A DNA stretch of 64,000 bases, taken from a virus. Below are positions 36,122 through 46,441 of this stretch, one piece after another. A program made the translations under genes and the position numbers. The stretch covers positions 13,054 through 77,053 of IMG/VR virus record IMGVR_UViG_3300037826_000057; one strand, 5' to 3'. Numbering within the stretch: position 1 is the first letter of the stretch; the number at the start of each line of letters is the position of its first letter. Below the pieces are notes generated by a model that was not told the origin of the DNA, searched no databases, and saw nothing but the letters and a program-made list of their open reading frames with translations.

Positions 36122-37476
36122 TACAATACCTTCTTGTTAGTCCAAGTCAAACCTTTATCCGTTGACTTGTATATCCAAATTCCATGAAAGTTAACATCCC
36201 CTGCTAAACAATATACATAACCATCAGGATCAACCACAACACCGGGCCAATATAAATCTGATTCCACTACACCTGCATCTTGGTCAGATGGTGTACCCAT
36301 AGTTTGTTTTTCCCAAGAATCTCCACTATCCATTGTCGAATATATTCCACCCTCACAAGCTGCCCATACCTCTTTATCATCTGGTACAGCAATATCATAA
36401 ACCTTAGTATTATTTAAAGCTGTTTGTGCCCACGTCGTTCCGTCTGTTGTCTTATATACACCTTTACCCCAAGTTCCAGCATATAATGGTGATAAAGGTT
36501 CGGGGGGTACATGTTCCCTGTCCCAGCCCCAAAATCTTCCAAATTTTTCATCTAAAGTAAGTTCTACTGTATATCCGCTATCTGAATTATAAGTTGAAGT
36601 AAGACCTGTTATTAAGCAATCAGACCTGCTATATCCAGAAGTTGGTTCGTACACATCTACAGTTTGTGCAATTTTATAATCAGGATTGCCCTGCATCTCT
36701 ATAATTTTTACATCCAGGGGTTTAGAAAAATGTTCAACCATATCTTCCGCTATATCTTCAGCTAGAGCGGGGTTATGTATTTGTCCCGTACCAGCTGCTG
36801 CAGTACGCACTTCTCCCGGTAATAAATAACTATTACTTTTATATTCTTCAACTGCAAAACCATTACCAAATACTACAACTCTATTTCTTAAAGTAGAATC
36901 ACTAAATTTTCTTTCAAAACTAATAAAATTTCTAAGTGTATGGTCAGGTGTTTGCTTGCGGTACACCTCATGGATATTAACAGAACCATCATGATTAGCA
37001 AATACTTGATAAGGTGTCATCTCTAAAGTAGTTGTTATTGCTTGCCAAGCATTTACCCGTGACCATCCATATCCAGGATAAACTTTGGTTTCAGTATAAA
37101 TATTTGTATCTACATTTGAAATTCCACTTTTATTTAAAAATTTTGTAATCCATGCAACTGTGTTTTCCCCATCAGAAGTGTAATTATCTGTTAACCAGTA
37201 ATCGTCTGTGCGAATAAGAACATCACTACAAATTAATGTGGAATCAACCGGCATGCGCTTTTTAACACGCTCTTGGGTATAACCTGTAAATACTAGTGTC
37301 CCACACTCATAAAATTCTACATCTTGATAGGGTTCAATAGTAATTGGTAAGTCTGGTGCCATCTGTAATTCTAATTCAGCGATAGGATTTATCAGACTAT
37401 GCTTGCGACTACTTGAGACCACATAGTCTGATAAATCGTTTCCATCAACTTTTAATGTAATAGTAGGATTTCGCAT
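36121..37476 (-). CDS. Tail hub-like protein with C-terminal Asp-box repeats
   Basis: LRNRVVVFG shared with 37504-38502; TTDGTTW, TMDSGDSW and STDKGLTW. Confidence 0.7.
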   Translation of the reverse strand: MRNPTITLKVDGNDLSDYVVSSSRKHSLINPIAELELQMAPDLPITIEPYQDVEFYECGTLVFTGYTQERVKKRMPVDSTLICSDVLIRTDDYWLTDNYTSDGENTVAWITKFLNKSGISNVDTNIYTETKVYPGYGWSRVNAWQAITTTLEMTPYQVFANHDGSVNIHEVYRKQTPDHTLRNFISFERKFSDSTLRNRVVVFGNGFAVEEYKSNSYLLPGEVRTAAAGTGQIHNPALAEDIAEDMVEHFSKPLDVKIIEMQGNPDYKIAQTVDVYEPTSGYSRSDCLITGLTSTYNSDSGYTVELTLDEKFGRFWGWDREHVPPEPLSPLYAGTWGKGVYKTTDGTTWAQTALNNTKVYDIAVPDDKEVWAACEGGIYSTMDSGDSWEKQTMGTPSDQDAGVVESDLYWPGVVVDPDGYVYCLAGDVNFHGIWIYKSTDKGLTWTNKKVL

Positions 37477-37503
37477 TATTTAACTCGTATTCCTTAACTT
37501 GCG

Positions 37504-38502
37504 TTATTTAACCAAGTCCATAGACATTGAATATCCTTCTTCAGCAGAAAGTCGATGATTTATTGCATAAACAAACCATAAATCATTATTACCAGTATAA
37601 CTTTCATTCACTAAAACTGTATCTCTAACTCTAATATTTGGGTCGCCTTCTGCATCAATACGCATAAACTCTGTTAGTCTGTTATATAAATTTAAATTAT
37701 AACTAGCTGCATCATCTGCCATAGATTGCTGGTCAATTAACTCGCTAGACACTATAGCGGTTTTATAGAAAGTGCTTGGTGTATTTGGTAAATATGGGCT
37801 GGAAGTTTTCGCTTCAGCTTTTATTCCATCTTTTCCAAACACAACTACCCTATTTCTTAAGTTATCAGTATTATAACCATAATCAACCAATATAATATTA
37901 CCGGAATCTCCAGTAGTAAATTCATGCGCATCTGAAGTTTTACCCTCAGCAGGTTCTGGTAAAACCCTAGAAAAATAAACAACATCATCCTCTGCATAAC
38001 AATTATAAGCTAAAATATGGCAAATAGTTCTAATTGCATCCCAAGTTGACATTAAATTAAATTCTGCTGGCCCCTGTACACCAAAAGTGTAATTACTAGT
38101 ATCCAAGTCAAAACTAGCGTAAGCATCAATTTGAGCTTCACTTAAGAGGTCAGAAATTAAATTTTCTGCTTGAATATTGCGCCTACTCCAGGGATTTTCA
38201 ATATTAGGTGAAACCAACCAATGCTCAGTTGCTAGTTTCATTACATCTCTTCCACTTATTTCATAAGTTCCCGGCAAGCGTGTATATACAATTTCATCGA
38301 CAAACCCAGAAAAGATTGTAGTATGGTTATTATCAAATCCCATATCTATGGTAATTTCATCGTTTAATGTGACATCTTTAGTATCCTCTACTGTAATAGT
38401 GCACCTTGAACAAGTTTGCTTATGTCCCTCTTGCACCTCTACCTCAAGTATGTCCAAAGACTGTGCACCAATTGTCACATCAGCATACAAATCACGAATC
38501 AT
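37504..38502 (-). CDS. Tail hub / baseplate protein (XkdQ/gpD-like)
   Basis: IFSGFVDEI, ISGRD, LRNRVVVFG and GDPNIRVRDTV. Confidence 0.72.
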   Translation of the reverse strand: MIRDLYADVTIGAQSLDILEVEVQEGHKQTCSRCTITVEDTKDVTLNDEITIDMGFDNNHTTIFSGFVDEIVYTRLPGTYEISGRDVMKLATEHWLVSPNIENPWSRRNIQAENLISDLLSEAQIDAYASFDLDTSNYTFGVQGPAEFNLMSTWDAIRTICHILAYNCYAEDDVVYFSRVLPEPAEGKTSDAHEFTTGDSGNIILVDYGYNTDNLRNRVVVFGKDGIKAEAKTSSPYLPNTPSTFYKTAIVSSELIDQQSMADDAASYNLNLYNRLTEFMRIDAEGDPNIRVRDTVLVNESYTGNNDLWFVYAINHRLSAEEGYSMSMDLVK

Positions 38503-38836
38503 CTTTTGTAATCTCCATTGTTACTCTATATACCGGTGTATTCCTACTAATATCCTGTAAACGCTCCGCTTCAAAGTTATGTATATAAATATCACCTTGC
38601 GCTCCCTGGTCAGAAGTTAAAGAAATACCAGAAGCATTGTTAATAATAGGTAAAATTCTTGAGGAATACCCACTAAAAACTACAAATGTAATATCGCGTT
38701 TATAACTTTTTCTTCCAGCGTCATGAATAATAGTCTTATTAGAATCTAATATATCTATTTCACTACTTCTACGCTCTACCTTCCAACCAGTGTCCTGTTC
38801 AACATAAATTCTTTCTCCATTAAGATACCAAGCCAT
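38492..38836 (-). CDS. Distal-tail-like protein
   Basis: Immediately downstream of the tape measure gene. Confidence 0.55.
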   Translation of the reverse strand: MAWYLNGERIYVEQDTGWKVERRSSEIDILDSNKTIIHDAGRKSYKRDITFVVFSGYSSRILPIINNASGISLTSDQGAQGDIYIHNFEAERLQDISRNTPVYRVTMEITKDDS

Positions 38837-38883
38837 ATCTACCTCCTAATATTATTGTCGCCCGCCATTAGTATTTCCTAATA

Positions 38884-41800
38884 TTACCGTGTGCCGGTTC
38901 TATTACCATCTGAGCGCAGAGTGGAAATTAACGCTCTCTCCAATACGCGCTTAACATATGTAGCAATAACTCTACCATCAAGTGTAACCGTATTCTGTAT
39001 TGTAAAATTACCTTGCATATCTGGTATGTCAACTTTTACCTGTTGAGGTTGTTGTGGTGCGGGACTATGCAATGCCTTCTTTCCACCTTGCTCAGGCCCC
39101 ATTATATATTGCTGCCATAAAGCAGTAATTTTATTTAAGGCTTCAGTAAAACCAGTAGCCCCACCTTCACTCTTTTTCAAATCTTCTTCAACATCCGGCG
39201 GTGTCCAAGCACCTGGCTGGAATATATTTTCCCAGCCTCCTCCTGGTGTTACTTTCATTGCATCATCAACCATATAATCTGGGCGTTGTGGTTGTGCCGA
39301 TGTATCACCAGGATGCCAATATTGTTCGCGCATCCAATCAGGTTCTTCTTTTCTAGGTTGAGGTATATTCTCATGCCTAGAACCTGCCTGCATTTTATCT
39401 ATACCTTCGCTTACATAATCACCTAAATTAGCCAAATTTTGAATATCTGATTCAACTAAGAATTGCCCAAGCGGGTTTTCAGATTGCATCCCTGTAAATA
39501 CTTCTTCCCAGGGGTCTTCAAACTTATCAATCAAAGTTAATGCTCCCTGGCGATCCCAATCTTGGGCTGGTGGTGGGGTATAACCTTGTTCTCTAAGTAC
39601 AGCAATAATTTCTTGCAACCTAGCAGCTTGTGTTTGCGATATACCCAGACTTTCTGCTAGCTGTTGTGTGGTCATTTCTGTATTTTGTGCTGTTTGCTCA
39701 GTTGGTGGTTGTAGTGCTTGCAATTCAGGTAATTCTGGATACCCACCGCCCTCACCTTCTTGATAGAACATTGAAGTAAGTGGTACCCAGAATCTTGAAC
39801 CAGATGGAATATTCCACATACCTTCTAATTGCTTTTCTTCAGTTTCCTTTATGTCCTGCAATGTGAAAAGCATTGCCTGGTTTGTAGAATACAATCTTTG
39901 TAAAGTATTATTCTCACCTAATAATAAGTTGAATTGCTCACCTTCTTCTTGTAAGTATTGTTGAGGCGATTGCCCACGCAAGCGTGATAGATATTCAACC
40001 CAATATCTATTTCTACGTGCAATTTCACCCATTTTACTGGGGTCAACATCTTGCAAGCGTTTAACATTAAATGCATCTTCTTGCGAACTCTTTAAATCTT
40101 TAAACTCAGTTTTAGCAGCGTCAACAAACTGTTTCATTACATCTTCAACCCATTGGAAATTTTCACCAGCAAGTGCAGCCCATTTTTCAATATCCTCAAA
40201 CGCACTATCTGGTATACCAAGTTCTTCTGCAAATTGTGTTTGAAGTTCGCGTGCTTTAGCCAGAACTTGGTCAAATTCTTTTTGGGTCAATTCACTAAAA
40301 TCAGAATATCCCGGAATACCACCAAATTGTGCTTGCTGTGTTTCCTGACGCAATCTATCTAGAATAGGCTTAAATTCTTCTACAGCCAAAGCCCGCTGTT
40401 GTTCTAGTCTGCGTTGCTCTGCTGCTAATGCTGCTCTTTTTTCAGCATTTTCTACTTCTTTTAATTGTTTGCGTAAATCTTCTAAACGCGCATCATATTG
40501 TGCAATTGCTAATGCCTGGTCAGTAATAAATTGCACATTCTCATCTGACCAGTCTGCCATTTCTGTACCTATTTGTGTATAAGTAGAAGCTGCATCTTGA
40601 ATAACACTATTATTGGCTTCTGCTGACCTTGTGTATGCATCCCAAATAGGTAACATTTGATTTACCAGGGAAGTCATACGCTCTATTTTATTGTTATAGG
40701 CACTTGCACTTTCAATTTCCCCAGACGCGAATTCAAAAGGCATCTCTTCACGCTCTTCTTCAAAAGCTGACATCAAGCCGGGTTCAAATTGTTGTTGATA
40801 GCCTAAATATCTTTTTTGGGTTTTAGAAGCACCAAAACCAAAATCAATCTCTTGACCCTCTAATTCAGTAATTTCCTTATTTAATTCCCTAATAACTTCT
40901 TGCATCTCTTCTACTTGGGCAATTTCTGGTGGAGCAATACCTAAAATTTTACGTGCAAATTTACCACCAAAGCCAACACTACTAAGTGTTGACATAACAG
41001 TCATAAGCTTACCCAGACCACCTTCTATGTCACCAAGATTTTGTTGATATTCTTCAAGATTTTCACTGTTCCAAGAAACAAGTCTACCAACACGCACCCA
41101 ATTCTTAGCAAAACCAAGTAATCCGCCCCCGCCTGGTTTGGTTACTTCCTCAAACCTTTGTTTTAATTCTGCTCTTCTAGCAACAAGCTCTTCACGCGAA
41201 GCTCCAGAAATATCTTTCTGAAGCAGGTCTTGTAACTCACCGCTTTTTTGCACATAACCAACAAATGCTTCTGCAATAGCTGCACCAACCAATGAACCAC
41301 CAGGCCCACCAACAAGCCCACCAAGAATGGCACCAACGACACTACCGCCAAATCTACCTGCAGCTTGGTCTAAATCTTCACGCCCCATAGCAGCTTTCGC
41401 TAAATGTGTAGCACCTACTGCTAATCCTGGGCCAGCCATATTCAAGGTCTTCAAACCAATATATTTAGCACGCTCACCTAAAGACATACTAACTTGATTT
41501 GAATATTGGCGCTTTTTAGATAAATTAGCCAATGCACCCGCACCAATAGTACCACTACCAAAACCCAGGCGCTGAGGGATAGCAAACTCCCTACCTAACG
41601 CCCAAGCACTACCAACTCCTGCTAATGCGGTAGCTGTTGGCCCAAGTACATCAATAAGGTTATTTAAAGCATCAACTAATGCTGTTACAGAATCAACTGC
41701 ATCAGTAAGAAAATCAATAAATCCACCCTCATTACCTAAAGTTTGTCCTAAGGATTTAAAGCTGTTATTTAATTCTTTTAAGGCCTGGCGAAGTGTATCA

Positions 41801-43641
41801 GTCTTTTTACCTAAAGCTTCCTGAGCATCGCCCTGAGCATTTGTACTTGTTTGCATTAACTGCATTGAACGGTCATAGCTTCGAATGAAAGCCTCAATCT
41901 GGGCTTTGCGCCGAGAACCGCCCAAAGCACTTGCTATTTTACCAAGTTCGCGTTCATCAATAATGCCTGTTTGGAAGCGCGTATATATTTCTTCAAGAAT
42001 CTCTGGTAACTCGCGCATACCACCATCAATAACATCTTCTACAGCAATACCAAATTCCGAAAGCGCCTTTCTTGCTTTTGGTTGTCTAATTGTTGCAAAT
42101 AAAGAACGCAATGAATTAGCACTTTGCTGCGCAGACAGGTTTGTTGTTTCCGCCATTGTGGCAATATAAGCTGTCAGCTCGTCAACATTAACCCCAGCAC
42201 CAGCTGCAGCAGCTGATGTTGTAGCAAAGCCCTTACCCAAAGCTTCTAAACTAACCTGAGCCTCTTTGCTTACAGCAACCCATCTATCAAGTAATTGTTC
42301 ACCTTCTAGTAATTCATCACCAGTAGATGTTAAACTAGAACCCAACTGTCTCAAAGAGCTTGTTAAAATATCTGTAGATTCGGTCATATCCAACTCTGCT
42401 AACCTGGCAAGCTTTGTCGCATCCTCAAAAATCTGCATGCCAGCAGCAAATCTATCCATACCTTCTACAGTACCACCAATCTGTAAAGCTTTATTGACAG
42501 CATCCATAGAATCTGTTACATCTACACCAACCTCACGTGCAACAGTAGCTATATTATCAAAATATGAATTGATAACTTCTGATGAAGTACCTGTAGTAAT
42601 GGCAAGGTCTGCCATTTCATCTTCTAGATTTATCATTGTATCTAGAAGTTCTTGGGCTTTACTAAATGCACCGAATACAATACCTACAGAAATACCCCAC
42701 TGAGCAACCTTGGCTATATTCCGAGTAATCATGTCATCAAATGCTCGGAACCTGGTTGAAGTATCACCTAAGGCTCTTCCAAACCTATCAAAATGGAAAG
42801 TAGCAGTAGAAACTGCTTCCCCAGCTTGTCCAGACCTAAAGGAGAACCTGGTTACACCATTGACTGCATCGGTACTAGCACTTTGTAAATGCTCCATACT
42901 GAGGCCCATTTCATTAATTCTTTGCTTAAATTGTTCTAAGCGTCTTGGCCCCAATTTGGTTTCCAGTACATCTCTAGCCGAAGTTTGTGGGAGTTCTTCA
43001 AAATCTTTTGAGGAAGCTCTATATCGTGCTTGCTCTTTGCGTAAGTACGTTATACCTTCAGCAGTTTCTTTAATTACATCTGCCTGGATATTCCAAGCTT
43101 TGTTAACAGCATCAAGCTTTGGTTTTAAATTAGCTAGACTAACATCCATGCCCTTATATTTAGCTTGCATGTCTGAAAGAGCTAATTCTAAGCTTGTTCT
43201 TAAATCAAGAGCACCACCACCCTTAAATAAGTCTTGGAATTGTCTGCGTGAACCGGATACCTGTACACCTAAATCCTTTGGGATAATATTTTGTACATTT
43301 GTAATATCCTTGAAAAATCCAGAGCCTCTAAATCCCTGACTAAACTGCGTTGGAGCCTGAGCCTTTATCTGTTGGAAAGATTTGCGTATGGTATAACCCA
43401 TGCGCTTAGCAGCTGTACTGACACCCTCAAACTTAGATAGTAATCTATCTAGTTCTTCAATGTCATCTGCTCCTGTGTAAAGGCTTCTAGCCCTTTTACG
43501 CTCCAACTCATTTAAGGTATCATTTAACTTTTTGGCGTCCTTTTGTAAATTCTTAATGGACGTGCCAGACTGTTGAGCACTTTGAGCTATTTTTATAAGT
43601 TGTTGTGCGTAACTCTTTACCTGTTGTATGTCATTCGCCAT
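38884..43641 (-). CDS. Tail tape measure protein
   Basis: 1585 aa, helical, TP901-type core (STDILTSSL, SANSLRSLF), Gly-rich hydrophobic segments; follows the chaperone genes. Confidence 0.92.
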   Translation of the reverse strand: MANDIQQVKSYAQQLIKIAQSAQQSGTSIKNLQKDAKKLNDTLNELERKRARSLYTGADDIEELDRLLSKFEGVSTAAKRMGYTIRKSFQQIKAQAPTQFSQGFRGSGFFKDITNVQNIIPKDLGVQVSGSRRQFQDLFKGGGALDLRTSLELALSDMQAKYKGMDVSLANLKPKLDAVNKAWNIQADVIKETAEGITYLRKEQARYRASSKDFEELPQTSARDVLETKLGPRRLEQFKQRINEMGLSMEHLQSASTDAVNGVTRFSFRSGQAGEAVSTATFHFDRFGRALGDTSTRFRAFDDMITRNIAKVAQWGISVGIVFGAFSKAQELLDTMINLEDEMADLAITTGTSSEVINSYFDNIATVAREVGVDVTDSMDAVNKALQIGGTVEGMDRFAAGMQIFEDATKLARLAELDMTESTDILTSSLRQLGSSLTSTGDELLEGEQLLDRWVAVSKEAQVSLEALGKGFATTSAAAAGAGVNVDELTAYIATMAETTNLSAQQSANSLRSLFATIRQPKARKALSEFGIAVEDVIDGGMRELPEILEEIYTRFQTGIIDERELGKIASALGGSRRKAQIEAFIRSYDRSMQLMQTSTNAQGDAQEALGKKTDTLRQALKELNNSFKSLGQTLGNEGGFIDFLTDAVDSVTALVDALNNLIDVLGPTATALAGVGSAWALGREFAIPQRLGFGSGTIGAGALANLSKKRQYSNQVSMSLGERAKYIGLKTLNMAGPGLAVGATHLAKAAMGREDLDQAAGRFGGSVVGAILGGLVGGPGGSLVGAAIAEAFVGYVQKSGELQDLLQKDISGASREELVARRAELKQRFEEVTKPGGGGLLGFAKNWVRVGRLVSWNSENLEEYQQNLGDIEGGLGKLMTVMSTLSSVGFGGKFARKILGIAPPEIAQVEEMQEVIRELNKEITELEGQEIDFGFGASKTQKRYLGYQQQFEPGLMSAFEEEREEMPFEFASGEIESASAYNNKIERMTSLVNQMLPIWDAYTRSAEANNSVIQDAASTYTQIGTEMADWSDENVQFITDQALAIAQYDARLEDLRKQLKEVENAEKRAALAAEQRRLEQQRALAVEEFKPILDRLRQETQQAQFGGIPGYSDFSELTQKEFDQVLAKARELQTQFAEELGIPDSAFEDIEKWAALAGENFQWVEDVMKQFVDAAKTEFKDLKSSQEDAFNVKRLQDVDPSKMGEIARRNRYWVEYLSRLRGQSPQQYLQEEGEQFNLLLGENNTLQRLYSTNQAMLFTLQDIKETEEKQLEGMWNIPSGSRFWVPLTSMFYQEGEGGGYPELPELQALQPPTEQTAQNTEMTTQQLAESLGISQTQAARLQEIIAVLREQGYTPPPAQDWDRQGALTLIDKFEDPWEEVFTGMQSENPLGQFLVESDIQNLANLGDYVSEGIDKMQAGSRHENIPQPRKEEPDWMREQYWHPGDTSAQPQRPDYMVDDAMKVTPGGGWENIFQPGAWTPPDVEEDLKKSEGGATGFTEALNKITALWQQYIMGPEQGGKKALHSPAPQQPQQVKVDIPDMQGNFTIQNTVTLDGRVIATYVKRVLERALISTLRSDGNRTGTR

Positions 43642-43644
43642 ATA

Positions 43645-43938
43645 CTAACCCTCTATATCGTTTGGGTCTATAATAAATTCAAATTCGTTTTCCTTTTTGT
43701 CGTCAAATACTCTATCAAACCAATCATCCAATTTGTCTGGAAATAGCCAAATACTTCTCGGTGGGCGCTTATCTTCTGGTAACTGCATAAAAGAATCTAT
43801 TTGCATTTGCTTGCGGCAACAAAATGAAATAGTATGAGGATATGATTTAACGTCTTTTAAATCTTCATGAATACTCAATCCTAAATTTTTAGCGATAAGC
43901 CAGGAATTTCTAAACTCATCGCTTACAGCTATTTTTTT
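43645..43938 (-). CDS. Tail assembly chaperone, -1 frameshift extension (gpT-like)
   Basis: The -1 frame is open from the A AAA AAA slippery site (43932-43938): KIAVSDEFRNSWLIAKNLGLSIHED...PEDKRPPRSIW. Confidence 0.8.
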   Translation of the reverse strand, partial: KKIAVSDEFRNSWLIAKNLGLSIHEDLKDVKSYPHTISFCCRKQMQIDSFMQLPEDKRPPRSIWLFPDKLDDWFDRVFDDKKENEFEFIIDPNDIEG

Positions 43939-44639
43939 AATTCGCTCCCATCAAGTTCAAGGTCAATATACCCATTAACAACCTGTTGTTTTAAATGCGA
44001 AGCTGCGTTATCAAATGCTTCAAAAGAGCTAAAAGCTTTTTGTGTCATTTGTTCATCTTTAAATGTACCTAAATAAGTCTGCCAAAGATTAAACACTTCT
44101 AGCATTTCAGCGCGGCAAAGAGAATCAATAACCGAGCTTTCAAATACTTCGGTTAAAGTATCTTTATGCAAGCCCTTTAATTCCTTTTTACGCTGTTCAA
44201 TCAACTTATTTAATTCTTGCATTACAGCTTCTTCTACACGCTTATCATACGTATCTAACTCTTCCTGGTAGGCTTCCTGAGCCTCTAGAGATGCGTTAGA
44301 ATCGGGTTTAGACGGGTAGGTAGGTAGTTGGGCTTGGTTGCGTGCTCTCTGCCTTAAATCGGCAACCTCAGCAATTACAATAGCATTCTTTAATTCCTCA
44401 TTAGAGAATTCCTCATAGTCAGGTAGCATTGTTTCATGCTCGATTGTATTTTGCTTTTTTAATTTCTTACGTAAGCGTTTACTTGCTCGCAATGCTTCGC
44501 GCCTAGCTTTTTCTAAATCAGCATCACCAATAACCCTTTGATATAAGATAACTGGTTCGTCATCAATTTTTACCACTTCACCATCTTCATCCTTAATCGT
44601 TAGTACCTTGTCCCACTTAAACAAATTTTCCAAATTCAT
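43929..44639 (-). CDS. Tail assembly chaperone (gpG-like)
   Basis: Between the major tail and tape measure genes; AGGAGG RBS before MNLENL; ends in a slippery sequence. Confidence 0.8.
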   Translation of the reverse strand: MNLENLFKWDKVLTIKDEDGEVVKIDDEPVILYQRVIGDADLEKARREALRASKRLRKKLKKQNTIEHETMLPDYEEFSNEELKNAIVIAEVADLRQRARNQAQLPTYPSKPDSNASLEAQEAYQEELDTYDKRVEEAVMQELNKLIEQRKKELKGLHKDTLTEVFESSVIDSLCRAEMLEVFNLWQTYLGTFKDEQMTQKAFSSFEAFDNAASHLKQQVVNGYIDLELDGSELKK

Positions 44640-44659
44640 TCCTATCCTCCTACCTAAAA

Positions 44660-44701
44660 TAAAAACAGGGAGCATCCACCTTTTATAAGATAGATGCTCC
44701 C
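44660..44701 (-). terminator. Intrinsic terminator after the major tail gene
   Basis: GGGAGCATC...GATGCTCCC followed by TGTTTTT on the minus strand. Confidence 0.65.
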
Positions 44702-44767
44702 TTTAAATATACTTCTCCTTATATGAGCATTACAGCTTTATATTAAATTGTTATTGCATTGAGGTTA

Positions 44768-45976
44768 TTACATTGAGCCAGAATATACTGTTAAATTACC
44801 ATCAACAGATTTGAACCCAAAGGTCTGTGTAACATTTTCTCCAACATTGGATGTATGCCCCTCAGATGTAATCTGAATTTCATCAATATACAATGTTTTC
44901 AAAACTGTACCAGAACCATCTCCACATCTATCAACCTGCGGGTCTTGGATTTCAATTTTCAGGTCAATGCCTGAAGCTGTAAATTCGCAGCTCCTAAATT
45001 CTGTCACACCGGAAGGAGTGAGTTCGCCTGTCGTGAATAGAGCAATAAGCTCTGTATCAGTATCAAGCACCTCAATATCCCCGGTGACCTCAGGAGTCTG
45101 TACGGTCGTACCAACAACACTCTTTGTGCCCATTTCTTTAACAACTGTGTTAGGGAATGTTCCACGAATGGATACAGACTGCACCCTCTCAATATCATTT
45201 GAAGAAATGGTTACCGGAATATCCTTTCCATACACAGCAGCTGGCATAGTATCATCACTGACATTCGACCAGTTATTTCCAGCCGGGTCAGCGTGGTAAA
45301 CTACAACTAGCATTGTATTAACGGTGTCAGCAAACGAAAGACTATCACCGCTTACACTATACTCCCCGGAACTTGGATTGGAATCAACCTCGTCCAGATA
45401 TGTACCGTCGAGAATAACACTAATGCAGTAATTTCCGCTCTTAAGCTCTGTTGGAGTTTCCGTTAGAGTGACTGGGCTTGAACTAGCAGCTGTACTATCA
45501 AAAGTATCCACTAGAACATCGTACTTAAACCAGGTCTTCTCATTGCCGGAAACGGTGTACTCCTCTGTAGCTTCACCATCTACCGAATAAGAAAATGTAA
45601 AATCTGTAACCTGGGCCTTTTTAACATGTACACTCTTAACATAATCAGATATATCTTTGTCCTTGACTACACCAATAAGATCAACCTCACCTAAGTTGGT
45701 GATGTCAACACCACCAGCCGGGTAATTAGAAGGGTCTGTACCAGTTAGTGCGGAATACAACTTTACACCAACATCCATAGCCTGAAACGTCGCAGTCACT
45801 TCTGGAATATCAGTAACAGAACCAGCCTTATTGGGATTGCCAAGCTCATTAATATCTGTGTTAGGAAAATCAACAGGCATATCTAAGCGTTGAATGCGGG
45901 CTGCAAGGTAGTCTTCAAACGACCCAACAACCTTCAATGCCATGTGCTGATAAGGAATTGAAACTCGTCTTGGCAT
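44768..45976 (-). CDS. Major tail (tube) protein
   Basis: Acidic, beta-rich, internal duplication (INELGN / VKEMGT); lies between tail terminator and chaperones. Confidence 0.78.
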   Translation of the reverse strand: MPRRVSIPYQHMALKVVGSFEDYLAARIQRLDMPVDFPNTDINELGNPNKAGSVTDIPEVTATFQAMDVGVKLYSALTGTDPSNYPAGGVDITNLGEVDLIGVVKDKDISDYVKSVHVKKAQVTDFTFSYSVDGEATEEYTVSGNEKTWFKYDVLVDTFDSTAASSSPVTLTETPTELKSGNYCISVILDGTYLDEVDSNPSSGEYSVSGDSLSFADTVNTMLVVVYHADPAGNNWSNVSDDTMPAAVYGKDIPVTISSNDIERVQSVSIRGTFPNTVVKEMGTKSVVGTTVQTPEVTGDIEVLDTDTELIALFTTGELTPSGVTEFRSCEFTASGIDLKIEIQDPQVDRCGDGSGTVLKTLYIDEIQITSEGHTSNVGENVTQTFGFKSVDGNLTVYSGSM

Positions 45977-45988
45977 TATCTGTTCCTC

Positions 45989-46423
45989 CTATTCAAAATA
46001 TGTGAAGAAGGTTATTCGACTTCTCCAATAAAATTTATCTACAAGTTCGTCAAAGACATGCACGGGTTTAAGTTTTCTTTTCTGAACTTCTAAAATACCT
46101 ATTTGAGAGGGAGAGGTATTAGGCGGAAAACCTTCATCATAATCATATACTGGAATACCGCATTCAAGCTCAGAATAAATATCATAAGCTAAGTTATTGC
46201 GCTGTGCTTTATTTTCAGCAAACACATCAATACGCCACAAGCGCGTATCTAACTCACAACCGCCCATTTCAAATGGTGTAGCCTCAATATCCAATTCCGT
46301 AATAGATACCGTAGGCAAAACCAAATCTGTTTGCGGAAACCCATCCTCCACATTTACAGAATCAGGTACTAAATCCTGCAACCAGTAGTATATTGAAATC
46401 TCCTCTTTACGAAGTTGTTGCAT
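45989..46423 (-). CDS. Tail terminator / completion protein
   Basis: FP...LPTVSI, WRIDVFAENKAQRNNL; gene position. Confidence 0.7.
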   Translation of the reverse strand: MQQLRKEEISIYYWLQDLVPDSVNVEDGFPQTDLVLPTVSITELDIEATPFEMGGCELDTRLWRIDVFAENKAQRNNLAYDIYSELECGIPVYDYDEGFPPNTSPSQIGILEVQKRKLKPVHVFDELVDKFYWRSRITFFTYFE

Positions 46424-46441
46424 TAAAACCTCCGAAAATTA

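Noticed and set aside
41885-43339. Long plus-strand ORFs opposite the tape measure gene, and similar antisense ORFs at 7043-7618, 20114-20770 and 58252-58683
   Set aside because: Antisense shadows of real genes, with no RBS or recognisable motifs.
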